From: a virus
Lineage: Duplodnaviria; Caudoviricetes
DNA: 64,000 nt
Reading direction: 5' to 3' (one strand)
Virus record (IMG/VR): IMGVR_UViG_2595698399_000001
Span: 8,535 to 72,534 of that record
A program made the translations under genes and the position numbers. This document shows positions 35,037 to 44,537 of the stretch, one piece after another. Position 1 is the stretch's first letter, and every line of letters begins with the position of its first letter. The notes below the pieces were generated by a model, which was given only the letters and a program-made list of their open reading frames with translations, made no database searches and was not told the DNA's origin.

Positions 35037-35663
35037 ATGATAAAGAACGTAGTATTAGACCCCGGACATGGAGGGATAGACAGGAACGGTAAATACACAA
35101 CAGCTCCGGCTAAGATGTACAAATTCCCTAACGGAGAAGTGGCCTATGAAGGGGTTCTTAACAGGGCTATAGCTAAAGAGGTCGCTAGATGTCTAGAGGG
35201 TGAAAGTGGTATAAATGTAATATTTACAGTATCGCCAGAGGATCCTAAAGACGTATCATTAAGCGAGAGGGTTAGAATTACGAATAAGTACAACTCTAAG
35301 GAGACGGTATTCATATCCATTCATTGTAACGCATCTGCATCACACAAAGGTGAAGGATTTGAGATATACACGACCAAGGGAACTACTAAAAGTGATAGAC
35401 TAGCAGAATTGATAGCAGACTCGGCAGAGGTGTCTATTAAAGATGTGAGCATGAAACTTAGGTACGACTTATCAGACAAAGATAAAGACAAGGAGTCCAA
35501 CTTCAAAGTAATAAGAGAAACCAACTGCCCTGCGGTTTTAATAGAGTGTGGGTTCTTTGATAACGAGAAAGACTTCAAGAACTTGAAAGATCCAAAATTC
35601 CAATCGGATTTAGGGTCTAGGATTTACACAGGAATTTTAAACTATATAAATGAAAATAGGTAA
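35037..35663 (+). CDS. N-acetylmuramoyl-L-alanine amidase (Amidase_3) endolysin
   Basis: VVLDPGHGG, E..LN, L.ER, FISIHCNA, PAVLIECGF. Confidence 0.92.
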   Translation: MIKNVVLDPGHGGIDRNGKYTTAPAKMYKFPNGEVAYEGVLNRAIAKEVARCLEGESGINVIFTVSPEDPKDVSLSERVRITNKYNSKETVFISIHCNASASHKGEGFEIYTTKGTTKSDRLAELIADSAEVSIKDVSMKLRYDLSDKDKDKESNFKVIRETNCPAVLIECGFFDNEKDFKNLKDPKFQSDLGSRIYTGILNYINENR

Positions 35664-36249
35664 CACGGAAATAACCGTAAATTTAATACCATGGGTGATT
35701 GCTATAATAAGCTCTATGATGCTATTTACGGAGTGCAATAGAAAAAGTGGTATAGAATATATAGAAAAAGAAGTAAAGGTCTTAGTGCCGTCCGTAGAGG
35801 GCTCCTTCGAGGAGGTGAAGCCCGTTAAAATAAACACTACGGTAGTTGAGATAGATTCTACCTACTACGAGAGGTATGTATCTTTAAAAGATAGCGTAAG
35901 TAAGTTAGAGTTGTTCAAGGAGGCTATAGAGATAAATGAATACTCAGAAAAGTTCACAGACTCATTACAAACTATTGAAGTGTACACTAAGACGAGGGGA
36001 GAGATACTAGGGCAGTCTGTAAAATATAAGACTAACCCATATTACATAGAAACCGAAGTAAAGATACCTATAGAAGCTAAGAGGTACTTTTCAATAGGTA
36101 CAGAAGTAGGAGTATCTACAATAGAGCCATTGACAACTACTCCGGTAGTAAAAGGTAATCTACTTTACACAAATAAGAAAGGAAACACAATCTCAATATC
36201 TTACGATACAGAAGGAAGAGCTTGGATTGGAAAAACATGGAAATTATAG
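35650..36249 (+). CDS. putative spanin-like lysis protein
   Basis: N-terminal TM with Cys; C-terminal beta-strands ending WKL; follows the endolysin. Confidence 0.5.
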   Translation: MKIGNTEITVNLIPWVIAIISSMMLFTECNRKSGIEYIEKEVKVLVPSVEGSFEEVKPVKINTTVVEIDSTYYERYVSLKDSVSKLELFKEAIEINEYSEKFTDSLQTIEVYTKTRGEILGQSVKYKTNPYYIETEVKIPIEAKRYFSIGTEVGVSTIEPLTTTPVVKGNLLYTNKKGNTISISYDTEGRAWIGKTWKL

Positions 36250-39180
36250 ATGGCTAGAATAAAGAATACCGACGTATATGTATTTGACAACGTACCTGAA
36301 TCATCGTCGTTTTTAGTTGGGTCAGACCAAGGAGACGGTAGGATAACTAAGTCATACAGAATAGATACCATATTTGGGATACTTCCCTCATATGGATATT
36401 TCACAGACGCACCTAGAGATGGTCAGCCTTACCTAAGACAAAACGGGTCTTGGGCATTAGTGCCTGCATCTGGTGTAGGTAGTGTGTTCTCGGTGTTTGG
36501 TCAAACAGGTGCTATAGAGGCAAAAGAAGACGATTACAAGGACTTCTACTCTTTGCTAGGACATACGCACACAGAGAGCGAGATAATCGATCTAGGAGAC
36601 TATTTAGAGTCTGTAAACATATCTGATATAAATGCCACAGGGAGCGCAAACTCAAACACGTTCCTTAGGGGAGACGGAGTGTGGGCAGACGCCTCTAATA
36701 TAAATAGCGTATTTGGAAGAGGTGGAGAAGTTACAGCAGAAGAAGGAGACTACTCAGGATTCTACTCTTTGCTAGGGCATACTCATAACTCTTCTGAAAT
36801 AGACGACTTTAACTCAGAGCTATCCGGAAAAAATAACACTACAGCTTATACTCCAACAGGGGATTACAACGTATCAACTAAAAAGTACGTAGATGACTCT
36901 ATATCTTCATACAATCGAGTTACCGGAGTATTCGGTAGAGATGGAGAAGTTACAGCAGAAGAAGGAGATTACTCAGGATTCTACTCTTTATTAGGACACA
37001 CTCACTTAGAATCAGACATCACAGATTTAGGGAACTACCTAGAGTCTGTAAATATTGGAGATATAAACGCACTAGGTACACCTACCTCAGATAATTTTCT
37101 TAGGGGAGATGGTAATTGGGCAAGCATAGCTACCTCATTATCAGGACTTTCTGACGTAACCCTAGGATCTGTATTGTCAGGAGAAGTTTTAAGACATAAT
37201 GGAACAGTTTGGGAGAATAAAAAAATAACTATAGCAGACATAGATAATTTCCCGTCTTACGAGTTATTATCAAATAAGGGGGCATCTAACGGATACGCAC
37301 CCCTTAACGCATCTGGACTTATAGATTCAGGATACTTACCATCTTTCGTAGATGATGTTTTAGAGTTCAATGACTACGCCAGTTTCCCATTAACAGGAGA
37401 GACTGGTAAAATATACATTGACCTTTATGAGAATAATCTTTATAGATGGGGAGGGTCTAACTACATACCAGTAGGCGGAACAGAGGCTATTAACTGGGGA
37501 GCAATCACAGGTACCTTATCTAATCAAACAGATTTACAATCGGCATTAGATGGTAAACTAGGAACTCTTGGAACAGCCTACAACTCAAATTTACTAGGTG
37601 GGTTTAACTCAGGTCAGTTTTTAAGAAGTGATACTAGTGATACTATGAATGGTACGTTAGGTGTGCTTCAAAACATAAATGTCGGAGGTAGTTTAGATGT
37701 AGACGGTAATTCTAATACTTCTGGTATATTGGCAACTCAGGAGTATTTAATAACTAAAGGATCATCAAATGGACTAAGATTGCAGAATCCGATAAGTGTA
37801 GGAGATGCAGCAGATATCTATATGTCTTACTATGATTCAGTAAACACTAGGATGGGTTATGTTGGATTTGGATCTCAAAGTAGTTCAGACTTTATTATCA
37901 GGAATGACATGGCCGATAGTACCCTAACACTCTCTTCCACAGGAACAAAAGACCTAAAATACTCAAGTAACGGAATTACTGGCACTGTATGGCATTCTGC
38001 TAATGATGGGATTGGTTCTGGATTAGATGCCGATAGATTTAGAGGACTTACTAAATCTAGTTCAGGAGATCGATTTAACATAGTACCAGTAGTAAGTCCA
38101 ACAGGCGTAATGGAAATTGGAAGGTATGTTGATTTTCACGATTCAGATGAAGATACATCCGATTATAGTAATAGATTGTCATCGAATGGAGCAAGTGGGT
38201 TGACTGCATCAGGTAACTTTACTTCTTCTAAAGAGCTTCGTAGTGAAAACTCTGGGGAAAATGCAAGGTTATTGTACCTTGCTACAGAACGTCCTTGGTA
38301 TTTTAAACAAGGATTAACAGGGGGTACAACTAGATTATCATTAATATCAACATCTGCTTCTAAGGTTTTTACAATAGGAGACGAGACAAATGATGACAAC
38401 TTTATTGTAAATGCATCAAGCGGTTCAATTACAACACAAGGAGAAATTACCGCAAATGGTAATAATATATATACAGAAAACTGTAGAATTAGAGATAATG
38501 GAATAGGTGCGCTTATTGTTAGTGCATCAGGAGATGGTGTATACCTGAGACCAAATGGAGACGGCTCGGTTGCAGGTCAGTTTGAAATTTCCTCAAGTAA
38601 AGTGGTGACATCAAATCACATTGAAGTAACAGCAGCCGAGAGAAGAGTTGCTTACTCAGTTTGGTCAGGTAGTACATATGGTATTGGAATGGGGTCTGGC
38701 TATACTTATGGTGCATTGAGTGGATATGCAATGACTTTTCAAATGAACTCTGACGCAGGCAGAGGTTGGTGGTGGGGGAAATCAACCCACAGTAACGCAC
38801 AAGGAGCTATGTCCTTAGCTAATGATGGAAGATTAACAGTAGGTAGCACGGTAACTGCTACTAACTTTATATTATCATCTGATAAAAGGTTAAAAGAAAA
38901 TATAAAAGAGTATAAACCTCTTGACCTAAGCTTCAAGGCAGTAACATTCGATTGGATAGACAAGGAGCACGGGGGTACTCAAACTGGATATATAGCACAG
39001 GATGTAGAGATGAGTAATCCTCAATTTGTAAACACAGATAATAATGGATTTAAGTCTGTAAAGTACATAGATGTACTAGTTGCTAAAATGGCAGAGAAGG
39101 ATATTCAAATAGAATCTTTGGAAGAGAGGGTTGAAATATTAGAAGAAAAACTAAACTTAATAGTAGATAATTTATTATAA
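36250..39180 (+). CDS. tail fibre/spike with C-terminal intramolecular chaperone (S74-like)
   Basis: VFG..G....E.DY..FYSLLGHTH repeats, FLRGDG, FLRSD; SSDKRLKENIK...GYIAQDVE plus coiled coil. Confidence 0.85.
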   Translation: MARIKNTDVYVFDNVPESSSFLVGSDQGDGRITKSYRIDTIFGILPSYGYFTDAPRDGQPYLRQNGSWALVPASGVGSVFSVFGQTGAIEAKEDDYKDFYSLLGHTHTESEIIDLGDYLESVNISDINATGSANSNTFLRGDGVWADASNINSVFGRGGEVTAEEGDYSGFYSLLGHTHNSSEIDDFNSELSGKNNTTAYTPTGDYNVSTKKYVDDSISSYNRVTGVFGRDGEVTAEEGDYSGFYSLLGHTHLESDITDLGNYLESVNIGDINALGTPTSDNFLRGDGNWASIATSLSGLSDVTLGSVLSGEVLRHNGTVWENKKITIADIDNFPSYELLSNKGASNGYAPLNASGLIDSGYLPSFVDDVLEFNDYASFPLTGETGKIYIDLYENNLYRWGGSNYIPVGGTEAINWGAITGTLSNQTDLQSALDGKLGTLGTAYNSNLLGGFNSGQFLRSDTSDTMNGTLGVLQNINVGGSLDVDGNSNTSGILATQEYLITKGSSNGLRLQNPISVGDAADIYMSYYDSVNTRMGYVGFGSQSSSDFIIRNDMADSTLTLSSTGTKDLKYSSNGITGTVWHSANDGIGSGLDADRFRGLTKSSSGDRFNIVPVVSPTGVMEIGRYVDFHDSDEDTSDYSNRLSSNGASGLTASGNFTSSKELRSENSGENARLLYLATERPWYFKQGLTGGTTRLSLISTSASKVFTIGDETNDDNFIVNASSGSITTQGEITANGNNIYTENCRIRDNGIGALIVSASGDGVYLRPNGDGSVAGQFEISSSKVVTSNHIEVTAAERRVAYSVWSGSTYGIGMGSGYTYGALSGYAMTFQMNSDAGRGWWWGKSTHSNAQGAMSLANDGRLTVGSTVTATNFILSSDKRLKENIKEYKPLDLSFKAVTFDWIDKEHGGTQTGYIAQDVEMSNPQFVNTDNNGFKSVKYIDVLVAKMAEKDIQIESLEERVEILEEKLNLIVDNLL

Positions 39181-39632
39181 TGTCAGTACCAAACACAACA
39201 ACATTTAACCTGATAAATGTAACAACAGAGTTAGGCTTATCGTCTAACTCTAGTTTACAGGAGTGCTTTTCGGTGTCGTCTGCAAATGGATTTGACTCTA
39301 GCTATGCAGGCAGCAAGAACGGACTATTGAACTTTAGAAACTATAGCAATGTAGCAACGGAAGTCACAACTAGAATTGTAATGTCAAATACAGGAACATC
39401 CGCATTACCTAACGCATGTAGCACCTTAACAACAAGTGTTTTCAGGTATTTCAGAAGCACTGTAAGTTACCCTAGGATTGGAGATATAATATACGGAGAT
39501 TCAAACCTAAACTTCCCAATGAACGGACTTAATAATTATTTTAAGTTTGAGTACACAACAGGAACAGGTTCATATTTAATAAGAGTAAGCTCACAAGGGC
39601 AAGTGGTTAGTAGTGTAGCACTATGTTCATAA
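39180..39632 (+). CDS. tail fibre-associated small protein
   Basis: MSVPNTTTFNL...LLNFRNY; coupled to the fibre gene. Confidence 0.6.
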   Translation: MSVPNTTTFNLINVTTELGLSSNSSLQECFSVSSANGFDSSYAGSKNGLLNFRNYSNVATEVTTRIVMSNTGTSALPNACSTLTTSVFRYFRSTVSYPRIGDIIYGDSNLNFPMNGLNNYFKFEYTTGTGSYLIRVSSQGQVVSSVALCS

Positions 39633-39657
39633 TTAACAGAAAACAACAATAAAAGTA

Positions 39658-40989
39658 ATGGCAAGAATAAAAAATACACAGATATACGACTATGATGCAT
39701 CTCCTTCACCGGAAGACTATTTAATAGGAACGGATAGCCAAGATAATCTAAGAACTAGAAGCTACCTGATTGGAGATATAATAGCCTTAAGAAATAGTTT
39801 TCTAGGTTTGCCAGATACACCCAATAGTTTTGAAGGACAATCTGGAAAAACTTTAATAGTAAATGACGACGAAGATGGACTAATATTCGGGGAATCAGCA
39901 TCCTCATTTTTAAGTTTATTAGACACTCCCGACACTTTTACAGGTCAATCAGGTAAGTCTATAATAGTAAACAACGACGAGGATGGGGTAGTGTTTGGAG
40001 AGGCAATATCTAAGTTTTTAAGTTTATCAGATACACCGTCCTCTTACGTAGCACAGGCCGGAAAGTCGGTATTAGTAAATGCCCAAGGAACTGGATTGAC
40101 ATTCGGAGAGTCTACCTCTACGTTTTTAAGTTTATCAGATACACCTGACGATTACGAGTTCAGAAAAGGTTGGATATTGAAGGTAAATGATGACGAGGAT
40201 GGAATAAAGTTCCAACAAGATAATTACGTAACATTAGATACAGTTCAAACAATAAACGCTGCAAAAACTTTCAATGGAGTAGTTAGGACAAATAATATAA
40301 TAGCAGACGACCTTATAACCGCAAATAGCTCTGTGTACATCACAGGTGGTCTTAGAGTAGGTAAGTCGGGATCAACGGGCAGTATTACTATTTTTCCATC
40401 GACATCTTTGTTAGCACAAAACACTACTACCTCACATAGTTACTTTTCAGCAGTAGGTACTGGTTCTGGAATAGAGGGGTTTACCTTCAAGCCAGGCGGG
40501 ATCAAGTTTGCCGGAACACTTAATTTTGATGGATTTACGTCAAATAGAGTTCACTCGTTCCAAGATAGAGACGGAACGGTGGCTTATCTTGATGATGTAA
40601 TTTCTCAGGAGTCTGGCAGTTTTACTGCAACATTAGGGGATAGTAATGGTAGGTATAGTTATTCTCAAGGTTCTTCTGTAGGAAGTTATGTGAAGACGGG
40701 TAAGGTTATAAATTTCTCAATTAATATAAGAACAAGCGGAACTACTGATAATGGCGGAACTGCAGGATTACTGTCAATAAGTGGTTTTGATTTCTTGGAT
40801 GACGAGCTTTTTGAGTATAATCAGGTTTTCGCTTGCTTATTCAATAACAAACAGTATCACGGTACAATACACGGAGATAATACTATTATCTTTAGGGAAA
40901 TTGGAGGAAGTATATCAACAGCGGTTATAGCAACTAGTTTACCCAACAGCACTCAGGTGTATATGACAGGGTCTATAGTATTAAATTAA
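39658..40989 (+). CDS. second tail fibre protein
   Basis: Same MARIKNT N-terminus; four FL.L.DTP.....G....VN.....G..F repeats. Confidence 0.75.
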   Translation: MARIKNTQIYDYDASPSPEDYLIGTDSQDNLRTRSYLIGDIIALRNSFLGLPDTPNSFEGQSGKTLIVNDDEDGLIFGESASSFLSLLDTPDTFTGQSGKSIIVNNDEDGVVFGEAISKFLSLSDTPSSYVAQAGKSVLVNAQGTGLTFGESTSTFLSLSDTPDDYEFRKGWILKVNDDEDGIKFQQDNYVTLDTVQTINAAKTFNGVVRTNNIIADDLITANSSVYITGGLRVGKSGSTGSITIFPSTSLLAQNTTTSHSYFSAVGTGSGIEGFTFKPGGIKFAGTLNFDGFTSNRVHSFQDRDGTVAYLDDVISQESGSFTATLGDSNGRYSYSQGSSVGSYVKTGKVINFSINIRTSGTTDNGGTAGLLSISGFDFLDDELFEYNQVFACLFNNKQYHGTIHGDNTIIFREIGGSISTAVIATSLPNSTQVYMTGSIVLN

Positions 40990-41068
40990 CGAGTCGCCGA
41001 GCACATAATATTAGTGTAAGGCGATTTTCTTTATATTTGTATAAGTATTAATTTAATAAAATCTAACA

Positions 41069-41311
41069 ATGGCAACGAAACAATTTAGAAAAATAACAGT
41101 AGGAGATAATTTCTCTAACTGCATAGCTTACGTAAAAACTATAAAATACTTAGGACGTTCGGTAGAAATTACTGACATTATAGAAGAAGAAGAAAATAAA
41201 GGTTACATAGATATTTACGTCACTGCAGACGATGGTAGAACCACAGTTATATGGAAGACTATACCGTACAGTAAAGTGATAGAATTTGAATACGATGTAA
41301 ACTTCAAGTAA
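41069..41311 (+). CDS. small conserved hypothetical protein
   Basis: RKITVGD...VIWK...IEFEY; TATATTTG upstream. Confidence 0.7.
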   Translation: MATKQFRKITVGDNFSNCIAYVKTIKYLGRSVEITDIIEEEENKGYIDIYVTADDGRTTVIWKTIPYSKVIEFEYDVNFK

Positions 41312-41312
41312 T

Positions 41313-41897
41313 ATGAAAGCAACTATATATTTTATAGTACACGTGGAAAATTCTTATAATAACCACGTGGAACTAAACGACTCTCAAACAATGGCCGTAA
41401 ACAACTCAATAGAGAGTGTAGAGCACATTAACAGAGTAGGAAAAGTGATAAGCTCCCCTAAAGGCGCTCTAGTCAAAGAGGGAGATTTAGTCTTATTTCA
41501 CCACAACATCTGCAGAAAATCTTGGGGCCTCAAAGGAAAAAAGAAGCCTAGCGAGTACTCGATCACCGAGAATGAATACTACGTTCCGACAGAAGAGATA
41601 TTTATGTACATGAGTGAGGGCGATAGTGATTGGAAAGCTATAGACCCTTTCGTATTTGTAAGGCCTATAGAATCCGAGCCTAAGGTTCTAGATAACGGAC
41701 TAAGGGTGATAGAAGAAGAGTACAAAGGGATGGTTCCTCTAGTGGGAATAATGGCCTATCCAAACAGAGAGCTCCTAGATAAGGGAGTCAAGGCAGGGGA
41801 TAAAGTAGCTTTTCAACAAGATTCAGAACACGAGTACATGATTAAGGGTGTACTACATTATAAAATGAGAACTAACGACATTTTAGCAGTTATATGA
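41313..41897 (+). CDS. GroES-like co-chaperonin (two-lobed)
   Basis: VKEGDLVLFHHN and VKAGDKVAF...EYMIKG..HY.M...DILAV. Confidence 0.65.
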   Translation: MKATIYFIVHVENSYNNHVELNDSQTMAVNNSIESVEHINRVGKVISSPKGALVKEGDLVLFHHNICRKSWGLKGKKKPSEYSITENEYYVPTEEIFMYMSEGDSDWKAIDPFVFVRPIESEPKVLDNGLRVIEEEYKGMVPLVGIMAYPNRELLDKGVKAGDKVAFQQDSEHEYMIKGVLHYKMRTNDILAVI

Positions 41898-44533
41898 TAG
41901 GATTAAGCCATGACATAGAATTAGCACTAGACATAGTTATAGAAGGTCTAGATTATCAGATGGTAGTAGATGCCATAGAACCTGATAAGGTTAAGGCTGC
42001 CATGGAGTCAAAATTAACGTCATTCAAAACAGCTAAGGAATTACTTTCTAAGTGGGTAAATAGCCCAAATTCTCCATCGGATAAAAAGTTTACAAACTAC
42101 GTAGAGAAATTAATAAATTCAGGAGAGTCTTCACTTAAGACTTTAAGGAAAGCATTAGTAGCAAAGATCGATTACGACTTATTAGATGCACACAAGCATA
42201 AGCTAGCTGCCCAGACTAAACTACTTGTACTTAACTCTATAACCGAGTTAGATTCTTCATTAATAGAGCTTAGGCACCAGTTTGAAACAGGTAAAGTAAT
42301 CTTAAAAGAAGCAGAATTTACCAGAGGGTTTGCAGAAAAGTTTGCATACGGAGAGTTTTTCCCTTTAGATAACTACTATAAAAAGTGGTACAATGAAGAG
42401 GAAGACGCAGTAGTTATTGACCCAAAGGGTTCTAGAGGTGAGATTATAGAGTTAGACGGGCTAAGGGTTCAGCTACCAATACCACCTAGAGACAGAAAGA
42501 AGATAAGATTCCACGATAAAAAGAAAGAGGATCAGTATTGGAGAAGGGAAGAGTTACCTAAAGGCCTTACCCCTGACAATGCCGAGCCTTTTACAGAATA
42601 CATATTAGAGCAGTTTAGAATAAGAAGAGAAGGACTTTGGTTCTACAACAACGGAAAACCTACTTGGTTGTCTCCTAGACATTGGATGCAATTACAATGG
42701 GGAAAGATGTTTGATGACCAGATATACCCTACTTATAGACACGCTCAACTTTTACTTTACTACCATAAGGAGGCCTGCTACGTAGATTCTAGGTCTATGG
42801 GTCAAATATTCCTTAAGTCTCGTCAAACGGGGTATACTTATGGGATGATGTCAGACTCTTTAGAATTAGTAACTAGGGTTATAGGAGCCAGAACAGGATT
42901 GACTTCGATGACGGATGATGATGCCAGAGTAGCTTTTGGTAAGATGTCTTATACGTTTCAAGAATGGCCGTTCTTCTTCCAACCTATTTATAAAGGTAAA
43001 GTCGATTCTCCTACTAACTTAGCTTTTGGTAAGCCATCAAACTCTAGTAAGGATGAGAAAAAGAAAAAGGATACAACTACAGATGGTTATGTGAACAGTA
43101 TGACTGACTTCGAGGCTACCAAGGTTAAGGCCTATGATGGTAGACACATGAAGTTGTATATTGGGGATGAATCAGCTAAATGGGATAGAGCAAGTTACAT
43201 AGAACACTTAGGTACGCTATTACCTACAACCTTCCGTGGTGGTAGAGTAGTGGGTAAAGTATTCTTAGGATCTACCATGGGTAAATTAAATGCCGGTGGT
43301 GAGGATTTTAAAATACTTTATAGAAACTCTAAGGTTTCAGAGAGACAAGAGTCAGGGTTTACCTCAACTAAATTGTACTCTTACTTTATGGGAGCGCATA
43401 CCAACTACGAAAACTGTATTGATAAATATGGTAAGTGTTGGGAAGAGACCCCTCCAAAAGGAACCCTTAACGTGTTCGGAGAGCCAATACTTAAAGGATC
43501 TATACAGGCTATTAAAGAGATGTACAATGATGCAAAGAATACAGATGATGTAGCTCTTAACGCAGCATATAGAGCATTCCCTATGACCGAGTCTCACGCT
43601 ATGAGGGATGAGGCCGACGAGTGTGTATTCAACCTTACTAAACTTACTGACCAATGGGATAACAATGAAGAAGTGTCTATTTTTAAGAGTCAATATGTTA
43701 GAGGTAATTTCAAGTGGGAAAATGACATAAGATTCTCTAAGGTAGAATTTATACCAGATGATAGAGGTAGGTTCAAGATAGCTTGGATGCCGAACAAGGG
43801 AGATAACACAGACCACCTTAGAAATAATGTAAAGTCCGTAAGAAACTTATACACTCCGATGAACGACTACGGTTGTATAGGAGTCGATTGTTTTGGTTCA
43901 TACGTACAAGGTAAAAATAAAGCGTCTAAAGGAGCTGCCCACGGGTACTCTAAACCTAACGCACATGGAGTTCCGACAAACTTCTTCTTCTTTGAATACT
44001 TAGATAGGCCTGCAACACAGGACATATTTAACGAAGATATATTTATGGCGGCATGGTTCTACGGACTACCTATATTAGCAGAGAACAACAGGAGGGATTT
44101 TGTTAGATACATTTACTCTAACAGATCTAGACCATTCTCAATGAATAGAGTAGACAAGAAGAAACTAGACGGAGATGATTTAGTATTAGGAGGACAGCCA
44201 ATGCAGAGTAAGGATATTTTAGATACTCACGAAAACTGTATTAGAACTTTTATACAATGTCACGTAGGGGTTAGTACAGCGCCAGAGGGTATAAAATACA
44301 GACCGGAAGGAGACATGGGTAATATGGTCTTCAACGACACTATTTCCGACTGGATGATATTCAATCCAAGTGCTAGAACTGCCCATGATGCAACTATCTC
44401 TAGTGGATTAGCCATAATGGGATGTCAAAGAGAGAGATACAACCCTATCGAGAAAAAGAATGATAAGGAAAAAAACGTATCTTTGATAAGAAAATATAAA
44501 AATACGGGTTACACCAGTACACTTATAAAATAG
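41894..44533 (+). CDS. terminase large subunit with N-terminal extension
   Basis: Walker A KSRQTGYT, Walker B LYIGDE, GST coupling motif, nuclease GCIGVD, AENN, HDATISSG. Confidence 0.88.
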   Translation: MIGLSHDIELALDIVIEGLDYQMVVDAIEPDKVKAAMESKLTSFKTAKELLSKWVNSPNSPSDKKFTNYVEKLINSGESSLKTLRKALVAKIDYDLLDAHKHKLAAQTKLLVLNSITELDSSLIELRHQFETGKVILKEAEFTRGFAEKFAYGEFFPLDNYYKKWYNEEEDAVVIDPKGSRGEIIELDGLRVQLPIPPRDRKKIRFHDKKKEDQYWRREELPKGLTPDNAEPFTEYILEQFRIRREGLWFYNNGKPTWLSPRHWMQLQWGKMFDDQIYPTYRHAQLLLYYHKEACYVDSRSMGQIFLKSRQTGYTYGMMSDSLELVTRVIGARTGLTSMTDDDARVAFGKMSYTFQEWPFFFQPIYKGKVDSPTNLAFGKPSNSSKDEKKKKDTTTDGYVNSMTDFEATKVKAYDGRHMKLYIGDESAKWDRASYIEHLGTLLPTTFRGGRVVGKVFLGSTMGKLNAGGEDFKILYRNSKVSERQESGFTSTKLYSYFMGAHTNYENCIDKYGKCWEETPPKGTLNVFGEPILKGSIQAIKEMYNDAKNTDDVALNAAYRAFPMTESHAMRDEADECVFNLTKLTDQWDNNEEVSIFKSQYVRGNFKWENDIRFSKVEFIPDDRGRFKIAWMPNKGDNTDHLRNNVKSVRNLYTPMNDYGCIGVDCFGSYVQGKNKASKGAAHGYSKPNAHGVPTNFFFFEYLDRPATQDIFNEDIFMAAWFYGLPILAENNRRDFVRYIYSNRSRPFSMNRVDKKKLDGDDLVLGGQPMQSKDILDTHENCIRTFIQCHVGVSTAPEGIKYRPEGDMGNMVFNDTISDWMIFNPSARTAHDATISSGLAIMGCQRERYNPIEKKNDKEKNVSLIRKYKNTGYTSTLIK

Positions 44534-44537
44534 ATAG

